Of a DNA stretch of 64,000 bases, positions 28,623 through 37,271 are shown in pieces (position 1 is the stretch's first letter; every line of letters starts with the position of its first letter). Under the pieces are notes generated by a model. It did no database searches. It saw only the letters and a program-made list of their open reading frames with translations, and had not been told where the DNA came from. Location of the stretch: assembly GCA_963734575.1 (NCBI GenBank), contig CAVTHT010000007.1, positions 160,549 through 224,548 on the forward strand. Reading direction: 5' to 3'. This DNA comes from an uncultured beta proteobacterium. Lineage in GTDB: Bacteria > Pseudomonadota > Gammaproteobacteria > Burkholderiales > Casimicrobiaceae. The position numbers were made by a program, and so were the translations under genes.

Positions 28623-29894
28623 TCAGGCTGCGAGCCGCAGCCAGCGCTCGAGCGCGTCGAGCGTATGCGTGAGATCGCGCGTCGCCTGGCGCACGTCGGC
28701 CCGCGCCGCAGGCGAGGTGCGCAGTGGCCTCACGTCGGACAGCGCATCCTCGATGCGCCGGTGCATCGCGTCCAGACGATCGGTGCGCACCACGATGCCG
28801 TGTCGCGAGAGCACGGGCATGAGCTCGGGCACCCGTGCGAGCAGGCGCTGGCGCGTCTTGGCGAACGCGTGGGCGCAGAGCGTGCGGCGCTGCGCGTAGC
28901 TGAAAATGTTCGCGAAGAACATGTCGGCGTCCTCGCGGTCCGGCTCGAAGAGCACGACATCCGCGTCCGGATATTGCCGGTCGTACTTCTCCATCCCGAC
29001 GCGCATGCGCGAATGGATGATCGCGCGGAAGGTCTGCGACAGAACCAGGGGCAACCCACCCTGGTTCAGCTTCTCCATCGTCAGCCGTCCGCCACGGGTG
29101 GCTTTGCTCGCGTCGAAGGGCACGAGCGGATTGATGCACAGCAGGAGATCGACGCCCTGCTCGAGCGCCACGGAGGCGTGGAGCGTCTTGTTGAGCGCGC
29201 CGTCGACATAGTGCTCGCCGCCGATCTCGACGGGCGGAAACAGGCCAGGCAGCGCCGCGGAGGCCTCGATCGCGCGGGAGATGGGCACCGTGTCGAAGCC
29301 CGGACCGCCGAACGTCACCGAAGCGCCGGAGTCGAGATTCGTCGCGACCAGGAACAGCTTGTGGCGCAGCGCACGGAAGTCGTTGGTGCGTCCCGGCGCG
29401 GCGAACAGGTCGCCGAGGAAGGCATCGATGGCGCCGTTGTCGAAGAGGCCCGTCGGCATCGCGCGCGACAGCATCGACACCGACTCCATCAGGTTGTGAT
29501 GCAGCGGATCCCGCAGGTACTGCCACGTCACGCGTGCGACGAGGCGCGGCAGCGTGAACATCCGCTGCCTGAACTCGCGCAGGGCGGGCCGCAGGAAGAG
29601 CTCCGGAGTGAGCTTCGCGTCGGCGCTGTCGGCGATGAACAGCCGGTACATCTGCGCCGGCGACAGTCCGTTCGCCAACGCTGCCGCAACGAAGCTGCCC
29701 GACGACACGCCGACATAGACGTCGAGCTCGTTGAACGCGATGCCCTCGAGCGAGTCGCTCAGCGCCAGCAGCGCGCCGACCTCGTAGATGCCGCCCAGCG
29801 GACCGCCGCCCGCCAGAGCGAGACCGACGCGCGATGATGCAGCGCCTCGGGCGCGCGACGATGCTGCGCGCCCGATCACCCTCGTCTCCCGCAT
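28623..29894 (-). CDS. Patatin-like phospholipase/lipase.
   Basis: GLALAGGGPLGGIYEVGAL (oxyanion hole), GVSSGS (GxSxG) and YVDGAL (catalytic Asp). Confidence 0.8.
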   Translation of the reverse strand: MRETRVIGRAASSRARGAASSRVGLALAGGGPLGGIYEVGALLALSDSLEGIAFNELDVYVGVSSGSFVAAALANGLSPAQMYRLFIADSADAKLTPELFLRPALREFRQRMFTLPRLVARVTWQYLRDPLHHNLMESVSMLSRAMPTGLFDNGAIDAFLGDLFAAPGRTNDFRALRHKLFLVATNLDSGASVTFGGPGFDTVPISRAIEASAALPGLFPPVEIGGEHYVDGALNKTLHASVALEQGVDLLLCINPLVPFDASKATRGGRLTMEKLNQGGLPLVLSQTFRAIIHSRMRVGMEKYDRQYPDADVVLFEPDREDADMFFANIFSYAQRRTLCAHAFAKTRQRLLARVPELMPVLSRHGIVVRTDRLDAMHRRIEDALSDVRPLRTSPAARADVRQATRDLTHTLDALERWLRLAA

Positions 29895-29924
29895 GCGTGT
29901 GCCGTCGCGATCAGCGACACCCGC

Positions 29925-30392
29925 TTACGCGCGGGCTGCAGTGCGCTTCTTCGCGCGGGTCTTGCTGGTGGCGCGCTTGGCCGGCCCCTTGGTTGCACGC
30001 TTCGCGACGGCCTTGCGACGCTTCGCAGCGGCGGCAGTCGTGGGAAGCGCGACCTTTGGCAGCGAACGCGGCAGGGTTTCCTTGACGAACAGCGTGGCCG
30101 AATCGGCCGCCTGGCGCACGGTGCTTTGCACGGTGGCGCGGGTTTGCTTCCACAACGCGTTGGCTCGGGTCATGGACGCTTCGACCTGGTCGCCGACGTA
30201 ACGGATGGCGCGCGACTCGACGACCGTGCCTTCCTTCACCAGCGTGCGGAACGTGTTGCCGGCCTCGGCCTGGATCCAGTCGCGGCTGACGACAGCGGCG
30301 CCCAGTCCGGCGAGCCATACCTGGCGCGATGCGGCCAGCGCGGCTCCGGAGAGCTCGGTGGGTTTGTGTTTGAGCGTGGCTTGCAGACGCAT
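29925..30392 (-). CDS. Phasin family protein with a C-terminal Lys/Ala-rich (histone H1-like) tail.
   Basis: aggag RBS; MRLQATLKHKPTELSGAALAASRQVWLAGLGAAVVS (phasin motif) ..PTTAAAAKRRKAVAKRATKGPAKRATSKTRAKKRTAARA. Confidence 0.75.
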   Translation of the reverse strand: MRLQATLKHKPTELSGAALAASRQVWLAGLGAAVVSRDWIQAEAGNTFRTLVKEGTVVESRAIRYVGDQVEASMTRANALWKQTRATVQSTVRQAADSATLFVKETLPRSLPKVALPTTAAAAKRRKAVAKRATKGPAKRATSKTRAKKRTAARA

Positions 30393-30471
30393 TTTGTACT
30401 CCTGCGGTGATGAGAGGCTCGCTTTGCCGGCGAGTGAACTCACTCTACGCCGCACCGTTAGAGCAAACACC

Positions 30472-32085
30472 CTAATCGTGCAGCGGGCGCATCGTCCGCG
30501 CGAGGCCATCCGCGAGGCGTGCGCAGATGCCGTAGATCGAGAGCTGCGGATTGGCGCCCACGGAGGTCGGGAAGAGCGATCCGTCCATCACGTACAGGTT
30601 CGTCGCATGATGATGCCGACCGTGCAGGTCCACGACCGCGTGCGCCGGGTCGGGTCCGAGTGCGCATCCGCCCATCACGTGCGCGCTCACCACCGGCGTG
30701 TGCAATGGTGCGAGTGCAAAGGCGGCGATGCCCGTGCGCGCGTCGGACCACGTGCGAAAGGCGATGCCTTCTCCGTGCACCGGCATGACGCTCATCGCGC
30801 CCGCAGCGAACTGGATCTCGGCCATGCTGGCGAAGGCGCGCCGCGCACCCTCCCAGACATACGGGGTGAGCGGATAGTCCAGTACCGGCGTGCCGTCGTC
30901 GCGCAGACGGACAATGCCGCCGGCGCTTTCCGGATGGAACCCGTCGCGCAGCAATGCGAGCAGCACTTGCATGCGCGGCAGCTGGCGCATCCACGCTGCG
31001 TGTGCCGCGCCGTGATTGGGCAGGGTGATCGCGGCGAGCACCGGATGCACGGGAGGCGCTTCCAGCTTGTAGCCCATGGGTCCATCGAGGGCGACGCTGT
31101 CGAGGAAGTGATCGGTGTAGATGGACTGCGGGGCGCCGGCGTACGCCGCGACGGTGTCGCGCATCAGCGCTGCGGACACGACCACCGGGTGCAGGAAGGT
31201 GCGCTTGCCGACGAGACCGTGGGGATCCGGCAACGCACTGCGCAGCAGCAGCGCAGGCGTGCCCATCGCGCCTGCCGCACTGACGAAGGCCTGCGCATGC
31301 ACGGTGATGCGACGCTGCGTCGGCCTCACGCCCGCCGCGTCCAGTGCCACGCAATGCAGCGCGACCACGCGGTCGCCGCGTGCTTCCAGGCGCTGCGCGC
31401 GGGTGCGCGTGAGCAGGGTGGCCCCGCGCTCGAGCGCTGCGGGAATCGTGGTGACCAGCATGGACTGCTTGGCATTGACGGGGCAGCCCACGCCGCAATA
31501 GCCGAGGTCGAGGCAACCCTTGACGTTGCGCGCGATGGATGCCGTCGGGATCCCCAAGGCGGACGCGCCGCGCGCGAGGACACTGTTGTTCTCGTTGGGT
31601 GTGGCGCTCCACGGTCCGATGGCGAGGCGCGCCTCCATCCGCTCGAACCAGGGTGCGAGCTCTGCAGTCCCGTACCCACGTACGCCATGGATGCGGGCCC
31701 AGTGCTCGAGGGTCCGCGGCGGCGTGCGGAAGGAGCTCGTCCAGTTGACGGTCGTCCCGCCGCCGACGCAACGCCCCTGCAAAATGTTGATCGCCTTGTC
31801 CGCGGTCTTGCGCGCGGCCGATTCCTGGTACAGGTCGGGATAGGCCTCCGCTTCGAGCATGCGGAAGTCGGCGGTGCTGCGCAGCGGCCCTTCCTCGATC
31901 AGCACCACCTTGAGGCCGCGCTCGCTCAGGATTTCCGCGGCGGTGCCGCCGCCCGCACCTGTGCCGACGATCGCGACATCGCATTCCAGCGTGAGATCGG
32001 CGCCGCCCGCGCTGGCATCGACGACGTTCCACCGCGACGCAGCGTCGCGATAGGCATCGGGGGCAGCGCGGTTGATGGCGATCAT
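30472..32085 (-). CDS. GMC family FAD-dependent oxidoreductase, large subunit.
   Basis: CDVAIVGTGAGGGTAAEILSERGLKVVLIEEG (FAD-binding GxGxxG) and the C-terminal GMC signature ..HVMGGCALG..NLYVMDGSLFPTSVGANP. The start overlaps the small-subunit stop (ATGA). Confidence 0.85.
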   Translation of the reverse strand: MIAINRAAPDAYRDAASRWNVVDASAGGADLTLECDVAIVGTGAGGGTAAEILSERGLKVVLIEEGPLRSTADFRMLEAEAYPDLYQESAARKTADKAINILQGRCVGGGTTVNWTSSFRTPPRTLEHWARIHGVRGYGTAELAPWFERMEARLAIGPWSATPNENNSVLARGASALGIPTASIARNVKGCLDLGYCGVGCPVNAKQSMLVTTIPAALERGATLLTRTRAQRLEARGDRVVALHCVALDAAGVRPTQRRITVHAQAFVSAAGAMGTPALLLRSALPDPHGLVGKRTFLHPVVVSAALMRDTVAAYAGAPQSIYTDHFLDSVALDGPMGYKLEAPPVHPVLAAITLPNHGAAHAAWMRQLPRMQVLLALLRDGFHPESAGGIVRLRDDGTPVLDYPLTPYVWEGARRAFASMAEIQFAAGAMSVMPVHGEGIAFRTWSDARTGIAAFALAPLHTPVVSAHVMGGCALGPDPAHAVVDLHGRHHHATNLYVMDGSLFPTSVGANPQLSIYGICARLADGLARTMRPLHD

Positions 32086-32624
32086 GACGGCAGCTCCGGC
32101 GGTCCCGGATACCCGATGCCGGCCCACGATCCGGGGGCCGCGTACCACGCCGCGAGCACCAGCTGATGCAGGGCGTCGTAGGCGCTGCGACGCAGGTCGA
32201 TGCGGCTCGTGCGCCAGCGCGCGAGCACCGCAGCGACCTCGTCATGCGATGCGTCACTCCACGGTTGCGTCAATCCGGCGAAGGCGAGGCGCGTCGGCGG
32301 CCACGCGAGAATGGTGAAGAGCTGCGCGAGCTCGTCCTGCGCCGTGGGCGGCAGGCCCGCGATGGCCGCGCGAACGTTGCCCACCGTGCCCTGAACACTT
32401 GCACGGCGATCGGCCGGGGCGGCAGGCAGTGCACCGTCGAGCAGCACCGGCACGATGGCTTCCAGGATCGGGGTGGCGTCGGCGGCGAGCACCGTGGACA
32501 CGCCGTGCCCGCCGAGCGAACCGCGCAGGAACCACGCGCCGGCGAGCACGGCCGATCCGGCGAGTCCGGTGATCAGGAAGGTGCGGCGCGTCAGCATCGG
32601 GATGGCGCACCGTTCCACCGGCAC
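32082..32624 (-). CDS. Twin-arginine (Tat) signal small subunit of the GMC oxidoreductase (gluconate-2-dehydrogenase subunit-3-like).
   Basis: MLTRRTFLITGLAGSAVLAGA is a Tat signal. It is translationally coupled to the GMC large subunit. The start may be the internal ATG at 32597. Confidence 0.65.
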   Translation of the reverse strand: MPVERCAIPMLTRRTFLITGLAGSAVLAGAWFLRGSLGGHGVSTVLAADATPILEAIVPVLLDGALPAAPADRRASVQGTVGNVRAAIAGLPPTAQDELAQLFTILAWPPTRLAFAGLTQPWSDASHDEVAAVLARWRTSRIDLRRSAYDALHQLVLAAWYAAPGSWAGIGYPGPPELPS

Positions 32625-32723
32625 GCTCCTGCAATCTAGCCGCAGCGTTTAGATGAAACAACCTAAATCGGCGCGGCATCCTGGCAACATGGCTGCGCGA
32701 TAGACTCGCGCCTGCCTCTTCAT

Positions 32724-33473
32724 ATGATCAGCATGGCCTCGATTCCGACGCACGCACCCCATCACGCCGCACATGCCGCGTTGCAGGAGCAGCTCGCAAG
32801 GGTCGCGCGGCTGCATGCGCTGCGCCGCGACCAGCCCGCGCTCGCTGCCGCGCTCGACGGCATCGCCCGGTGGCAGGCCCGGCGACTGCGCCAGACCTAT
32901 GCGGATCTGGCGGCGCAGCCGCGCTACGCTGCCGCGATCACGTTCTTCGAGAACGATCTCTACGGCAGCGCGGATTTCGCGCGCCGCGATTCCGATCTCG
33001 CGCGCGTCGTGCCGATCATGGTGCGGATGCTGCCGGAGCGTGTCATCCATACCGTCGCGCACGCGGTGGAGCTCAACGCGCTGTCGCACGAGCTCGACAC
33101 GATGCTGGCACGCGAGCTGCCGCGCACGGAGGGCTTCACCGTGGCCGAGTATTGCCAGGCGTATCGCGCCATGGGTCGGCGCGGCGAGCGGGAGCGCCAG
33201 ATCACGCTCATCGGCGAGGTCGGCGCCGCACTCGAGAGTCACGTGCGCAAGCCGCTCGTGCGCACCGCGCTCTCGATGATGCGCCGCCCGGCGCATCTCG
33301 CCGGGTTCGGCGCGCTGCACGATTTCCTGGAGCGCGGCTTCGGCTCGTTCCGGTCGATGGACGGCGCGCAGGAATTCCTCGCGACGATCGGAAGCCGCGA
33401 GATGGCGCTGCTGGAGCGCATCTTCGCGGGGGACGATGCGCCATTCCCGGAGCCGCCGCGCCCCGCCGTCTGA
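32724..33473 (+). CDS. Conserved hypothetical protein (249 aa).
   Basis: A full-length ORF with coding-like composition and an ITFFENDLYGSADF motif. It sits between the GMC oxidoreductase and the PHA-system protein. Confidence 0.5.
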   Translation: MISMASIPTHAPHHAAHAALQEQLARVARLHALRRDQPALAAALDGIARWQARRLRQTYADLAAQPRYAAAITFFENDLYGSADFARRDSDLARVVPIMVRMLPERVIHTVAHAVELNALSHELDTMLARELPRTEGFTVAEYCQAYRAMGRRGERERQITLIGEVGAALESHVRKPLVRTALSMMRRPAHLAGFGALHDFLERGFGSFRSMDGAQEFLATIGSREMALLERIFAGDDAPFPEPPRPAV

Positions 33474-33489
33474 CGCGGCGTTCGAGGAC

Positions 33490-33777
33490 TCAGGCGACGT
33501 GGTCGCCGAAGCGCTTGTCGAATTCCTTGTGCACTTCCTTCTCGATCGCCGGCCGAAGCGCGGACAGGAGGAAGCCGAGGGTGCAGTCCAGCCGCACGTC
33601 CTGCTTGCCGACGGTGAGCTCGCCGGACAGGCCGGCGCGATGGAAGGCGATGCGGTCGCCGTCCCAGCTGTACTGCAGGTCGAAGCGGGCCCGGAGGTCC
33701 TCCGCGACCTTGCCGGCAGCGATCTTCGCCTTGGCGTGGCTGAGTCCGTGCTTCTTGACGATGGAGAGCGTGGCCAT
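33490..33777 (-). CDS. Polyhydroxyalkanoic acid system protein (PHA_gran_rgn, TIGR02610-like).
   Basis: MATLSIVKKHGLSHAKAKIAAGKVAEDLRARFDLQYSWDGDRIAFHRAGLSGELTVGKQDVRLDCTLGFLLSALRPAIEKEV matches the ~90-aa family (..YRWDGDTLHFERSGVSG.L.VG...V...KLGFLLSAFR..IE). Confidence 0.65.
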   Translation of the reverse strand: MATLSIVKKHGLSHAKAKIAAGKVAEDLRARFDLQYSWDGDRIAFHRAGLSGELTVGKQDVRLDCTLGFLLSALRPAIEKEVHKEFDKRFGDHVA

Positions 33778-33927
33778 GGCGCCGAAGTATACGACCGGTG
33801 CCTGCGGCAAAGGCGCCGCATTGACACGCCGTTGGGTCGGTCGTACGATTCAAACGAACGTTCGACTCACGTCGCTAGATCGCTGTATCCGAACGCGGTT
33901 AGCGTGCCCTCACTTCCTGGGATACCA

Positions 33928-34648
33928 ATGGATGGCAAGGTGCTTTCGTTCGGCGAACGAGGCGCGGCCCTGACCAAGGATCGCATCCTCGATGCGGCCG
34001 AAGCCATGTTCATGGCCCAAGGTTTCGAGGGCACGTCGCTGCGCGAGCTGACGACCGCGGCGAGCGTCAACCTCGCCGCGGTCAACTACCACTTCGGCTC
34101 GAAGGAAGAGCTCTTCGAGGCCGTGCTGCGTCGCCGCCTCGACCCGATGAACCAGGCCCGGGTCGAGCTGCTGCGCCAGTTCGAGGCCGAGTCCGCGCCC
34201 GGCGCCCGTGTCATGCGAGAAGATCCTGACCGCGCTCTTCATCCCCGCGTTGCACCTTGCGCGCGACCCGCTGCGCGGTGGCAGCAACTTCCTGCGCCTC
34301 CTCGGTCGCGCCTACGCCGACCCGGCGCCCTTCATCCGCCAGTTCCTGTCCGACCAGTACGCGACGATGATCGCGCGGTTCAAGGCGGCGTTCGGCCGGG
34401 CTCTGCCCGCGCTGCCGCCGCGCGAGCTGTCGTGGCGGCTGCATTTCATGATGGGTGCGCTTTCCTACACCCTCGCCGGCACCGACGCGCTGCGCATGAT
34501 CGAGGAGCTCGCCCCCGGCGAAGGGGCCAACGACGAGATCCTGCTGCGGCGTCTCGCGCCGTTCCTGCTCGGCGGCCTGACGGCGCCGCTCCCCGAGTTG
34601 TCCGAAGTCACGCGCGCACTCGAGCGCGACGGGCACGCGCGCCCCTGA
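33928..34648 (+). CDS. TetR-family regulator (candidate fatty-acid degradation regulator) with a frameshift at ~34215.
   Basis: TKDRILDAAEAMFMAQGFEGTSLRELTTAASVNLAAVNYHFGSKEELF (HTH) then | KILTALFIPALHLARDPLRGGSNFLRLLGRAYADPAPFIRQF.. in the +1 frame. It lies directly upstream of fadE. Confidence 0.7.
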
Positions 34649-34676
34649 TGCGCGCCTTCACCCAGACGGAGTCCAC

Positions 34677-37199
34677 ATGATCACCGCACTCTGGATCGTT
34701 GTCGTGCTGTCCGGTTGCCTCGCGCTCGCCTATGTGAATGCCTCGGGCCGGCTCTGGACCGCGGCCATCGCGGCCGCCTTGGTCGCCGCATGGGTGACGC
34801 ACGCGCTGCATCCGCTCGTGACCTTGGTCGCGACACTCGCGTTCGTGCTGCTGGCGATCCCGCTGAACGTGCCTACCCTGCGTCGCAGGCTGATCAGCGA
34901 CGGCGTGCTCGGCGCGTTCCGCAAGGTGATGCCCCCCATGTCCGATACGGAGCGCGAGGCGCTCGAGGCTGGCACGGTGTGGTGGGATGGCGAGCTCTTC
35001 TCCGGCCGTCCCGACTGGAAGCGCCTGCTCGAAGTGCCGGTGCCGGCTCTCACGGCGGAGGAGCAGCGTTTCCTGGACGAGGACGTCACCGCCTTGTGCG
35101 ACATGGTGACGGACTGGGAGACGACGAACATCTATCGCGATCTGCCGCCCGAAGTGTGGCAGTTCATCAAGGAACGCGGCTTCCTCGGCATGATCATTCC
35201 CCGCGAGTACGGCGGCCTCGGCTTCTCCGCCTACGCGCAGTCGCAGGTGATCACCAAGCTGTCGACGCGTTCCGGAACCGTGGCCGTGACGGTGCTCGTG
35301 CCCAATTCACTGGGGCCCGGGGAGCTGCTGCTGCATTACGGGACCGAAGCCCAGAAGCGTTACTACCTGCCACGTCTTGCGAAGGGCATCGAGGTGCCGT
35401 GCTTCGCGCTCACCAATCCCAATGCCGGGTCCGATGCAGCGTCCATCCCCGACACCGGGATCGTCACGTGGGGCGAGCACGAGGGCAAGCGGGTGCTCGG
35501 CCTGCGCGTGACGTGGGACAAGCGCTACATCACGCTCGGGCCGGTCGCAACGCTGCTCGGTCTCGCGTTTCGCGTTTACGACCCCGATCATCTTCTCGGG
35601 CAGAAGGACGATCTCGGCATCACCTGCGCGCTCGTCCCGGCGAGCCATCCCGGGGTGGAGATCGGGCGCCGGCACATGCCGCTCAACTGCGTGTTCCAGA
35701 ACGGGCCCAATCGCGGCCAGGACGTGTTCATCCCGATGGACTGGATCATCGGCGGGCAGCCGATGATCGGCCGCGGCTGGCGGATGCTGATGCAGTGCCT
35801 CGCCGCCGGGCGCGGCATCTCGCTGCCGTCGTCGAACACCGGCATGGCCAAGCTCGCCGTGCGCACCACGGGCGCATATGCCCGCGTACGCACGCAGTTC
35901 AAGACCGCCATCGGGCGCTTCGAGGGCATCGAGGAGCCGCTGGCCCGCATGGGCGGCAGTCTCTACATGATGGATGCGACGCGCGTGCTCACCGCGGCGG
36001 CGGTCGATCTGGGCGAGAAGCCGGCCGTGCTCTCGGGCATTGCCAAGCTGCACCTGACCGAGCGCAACCGCGCCATCATCAACGACGCGATGGACATCGT
36101 CGGCGGCAAGGGCATCTGCATGGGGCCATCGAACTTCCTCGGCGCGGCATACATGCAGATGCCGGTGTCGATCACCGTGGAAGGCGCGAACATCCTGACG
36201 CGCAGCCTCATCATCTTCGGGCAGGGTGCGATCCGCTGCCATCCGTACGTGCTGAAGGAGCTCGAGGCCACGCGCGACAGCGATCGCGAGCGCGCCTCGC
36301 TGGCGTTCGACAGCGCGCTCTTCGGGCACATCCGGTTCATGCTCGCGAACATGGCGCGCACGTTCGTCATGGGGCTCACGGGCTCGCATTTCGTGCGCAT
36401 CGATGCCGACGTCGCGCCGGAGACGCGGCGCTACTACCAGCAGCTCACGCGGTTCTCGGCGGCACTCGCGTTCCTCGCCGACGTATCCATGGGCTCGCTC
36501 GGCGGCGCGCTGAAGCGCAAGGAGAAGCTGTCCGCCCGCCTGGGCGACGTGCTGTCCATGCTGTATCTGTGCTCGGCCACGCTGAAGCGCTACGAGCGCG
36601 AAGGGCGGCAAAGCGCGGATGCGCCGCTGATGCACTGGGCGATCTGGGACGCCATGTTCAAGGCGCAGGGCGCGCTGGAGGGCGTGATCTCGAATTTCCC
36701 GCTGCGCGCGGTGGCCGTCCTCATGCGCGTGCTCGTGTTTCCGCTGGGGCGTCCGTATGTCGTCCCCTCGGATCACCTCGGGCACAAGGTGGCGCGGCTG
36801 TTGATCGATCCATCGGCTACGCGCGACCGCCTCACCGCCGGCATGCACATCCCGCGCAACGTGCACGATCCCGTGACGCTGCTCGAGCGCGCGCTCGCCG
36901 CAACCGTCGTGGGCGAGCCGATCGAGGCGAAGATTCGCACCGCCAGCAAGGCGGGACGCATCGATCTTTCATTGCCGGGGGCGAACGATCCGGCCGAGAT
37001 GGCGCGCAGGGCGCATGCGGCCGGGGTGATCGATGCCGGCGAGCTCGAAGCGCTGACGCTCGCCCGCACGCTCACGGCGGAAGTCGTGCGCGTGGACGAC
37101 TTCCCGGCGGATCTGTCCTCCTTCGTGCAGGCGGTCGCGTCCCCGCGCGCGACCGGCGCGGAGGGCAGTGCGGCGCGGGCGCAAAAAGCTGCGGCTTGA
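34677..37199 (+). CDS. fadE: Acyl-CoA dehydrogenase FadE (840 aa).
   Basis: Full-length FadE-type architecture with N-terminal TM helices and an ACAD core (..GFLGMIIPREYGGLGFSAYAQSQV..), intact. Confidence 0.9.
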   Translation: MITALWIVVVLSGCLALAYVNASGRLWTAAIAAALVAAWVTHALHPLVTLVATLAFVLLAIPLNVPTLRRRLISDGVLGAFRKVMPPMSDTEREALEAGTVWWDGELFSGRPDWKRLLEVPVPALTAEEQRFLDEDVTALCDMVTDWETTNIYRDLPPEVWQFIKERGFLGMIIPREYGGLGFSAYAQSQVITKLSTRSGTVAVTVLVPNSLGPGELLLHYGTEAQKRYYLPRLAKGIEVPCFALTNPNAGSDAASIPDTGIVTWGEHEGKRVLGLRVTWDKRYITLGPVATLLGLAFRVYDPDHLLGQKDDLGITCALVPASHPGVEIGRRHMPLNCVFQNGPNRGQDVFIPMDWIIGGQPMIGRGWRMLMQCLAAGRGISLPSSNTGMAKLAVRTTGAYARVRTQFKTAIGRFEGIEEPLARMGGSLYMMDATRVLTAAAVDLGEKPAVLSGIAKLHLTERNRAIINDAMDIVGGKGICMGPSNFLGAAYMQMPVSITVEGANILTRSLIIFGQGAIRCHPYVLKELEATRDSDRERASLAFDSALFGHIRFMLANMARTFVMGLTGSHFVRIDADVAPETRRYYQQLTRFSAALAFLADVSMGSLGGALKRKEKLSARLGDVLSMLYLCSATLKRYEREGRQSADAPLMHWAIWDAMFKAQGALEGVISNFPLRAVAVLMRVLVFPLGRPYVVPSDHLGHKVARLLIDPSATRDRLTAGMHIPRNVHDPVTLLERALAATVVGEPIEAKIRTASKAGRIDLSLPGANDPAEMARRAHAAGVIDAGELEALTLARTLTAEVVRVDDFPADLSSFVQAVASPRATGAEGSAARAQKAAA

Positions 37200-37271
37200 A
37201 ACGGCCGCGGGGTGGATGCCGCCGCCGCGTGAGGAATGCTGTTGCGTGACGATGTGAAAGGCAGGGACTGC

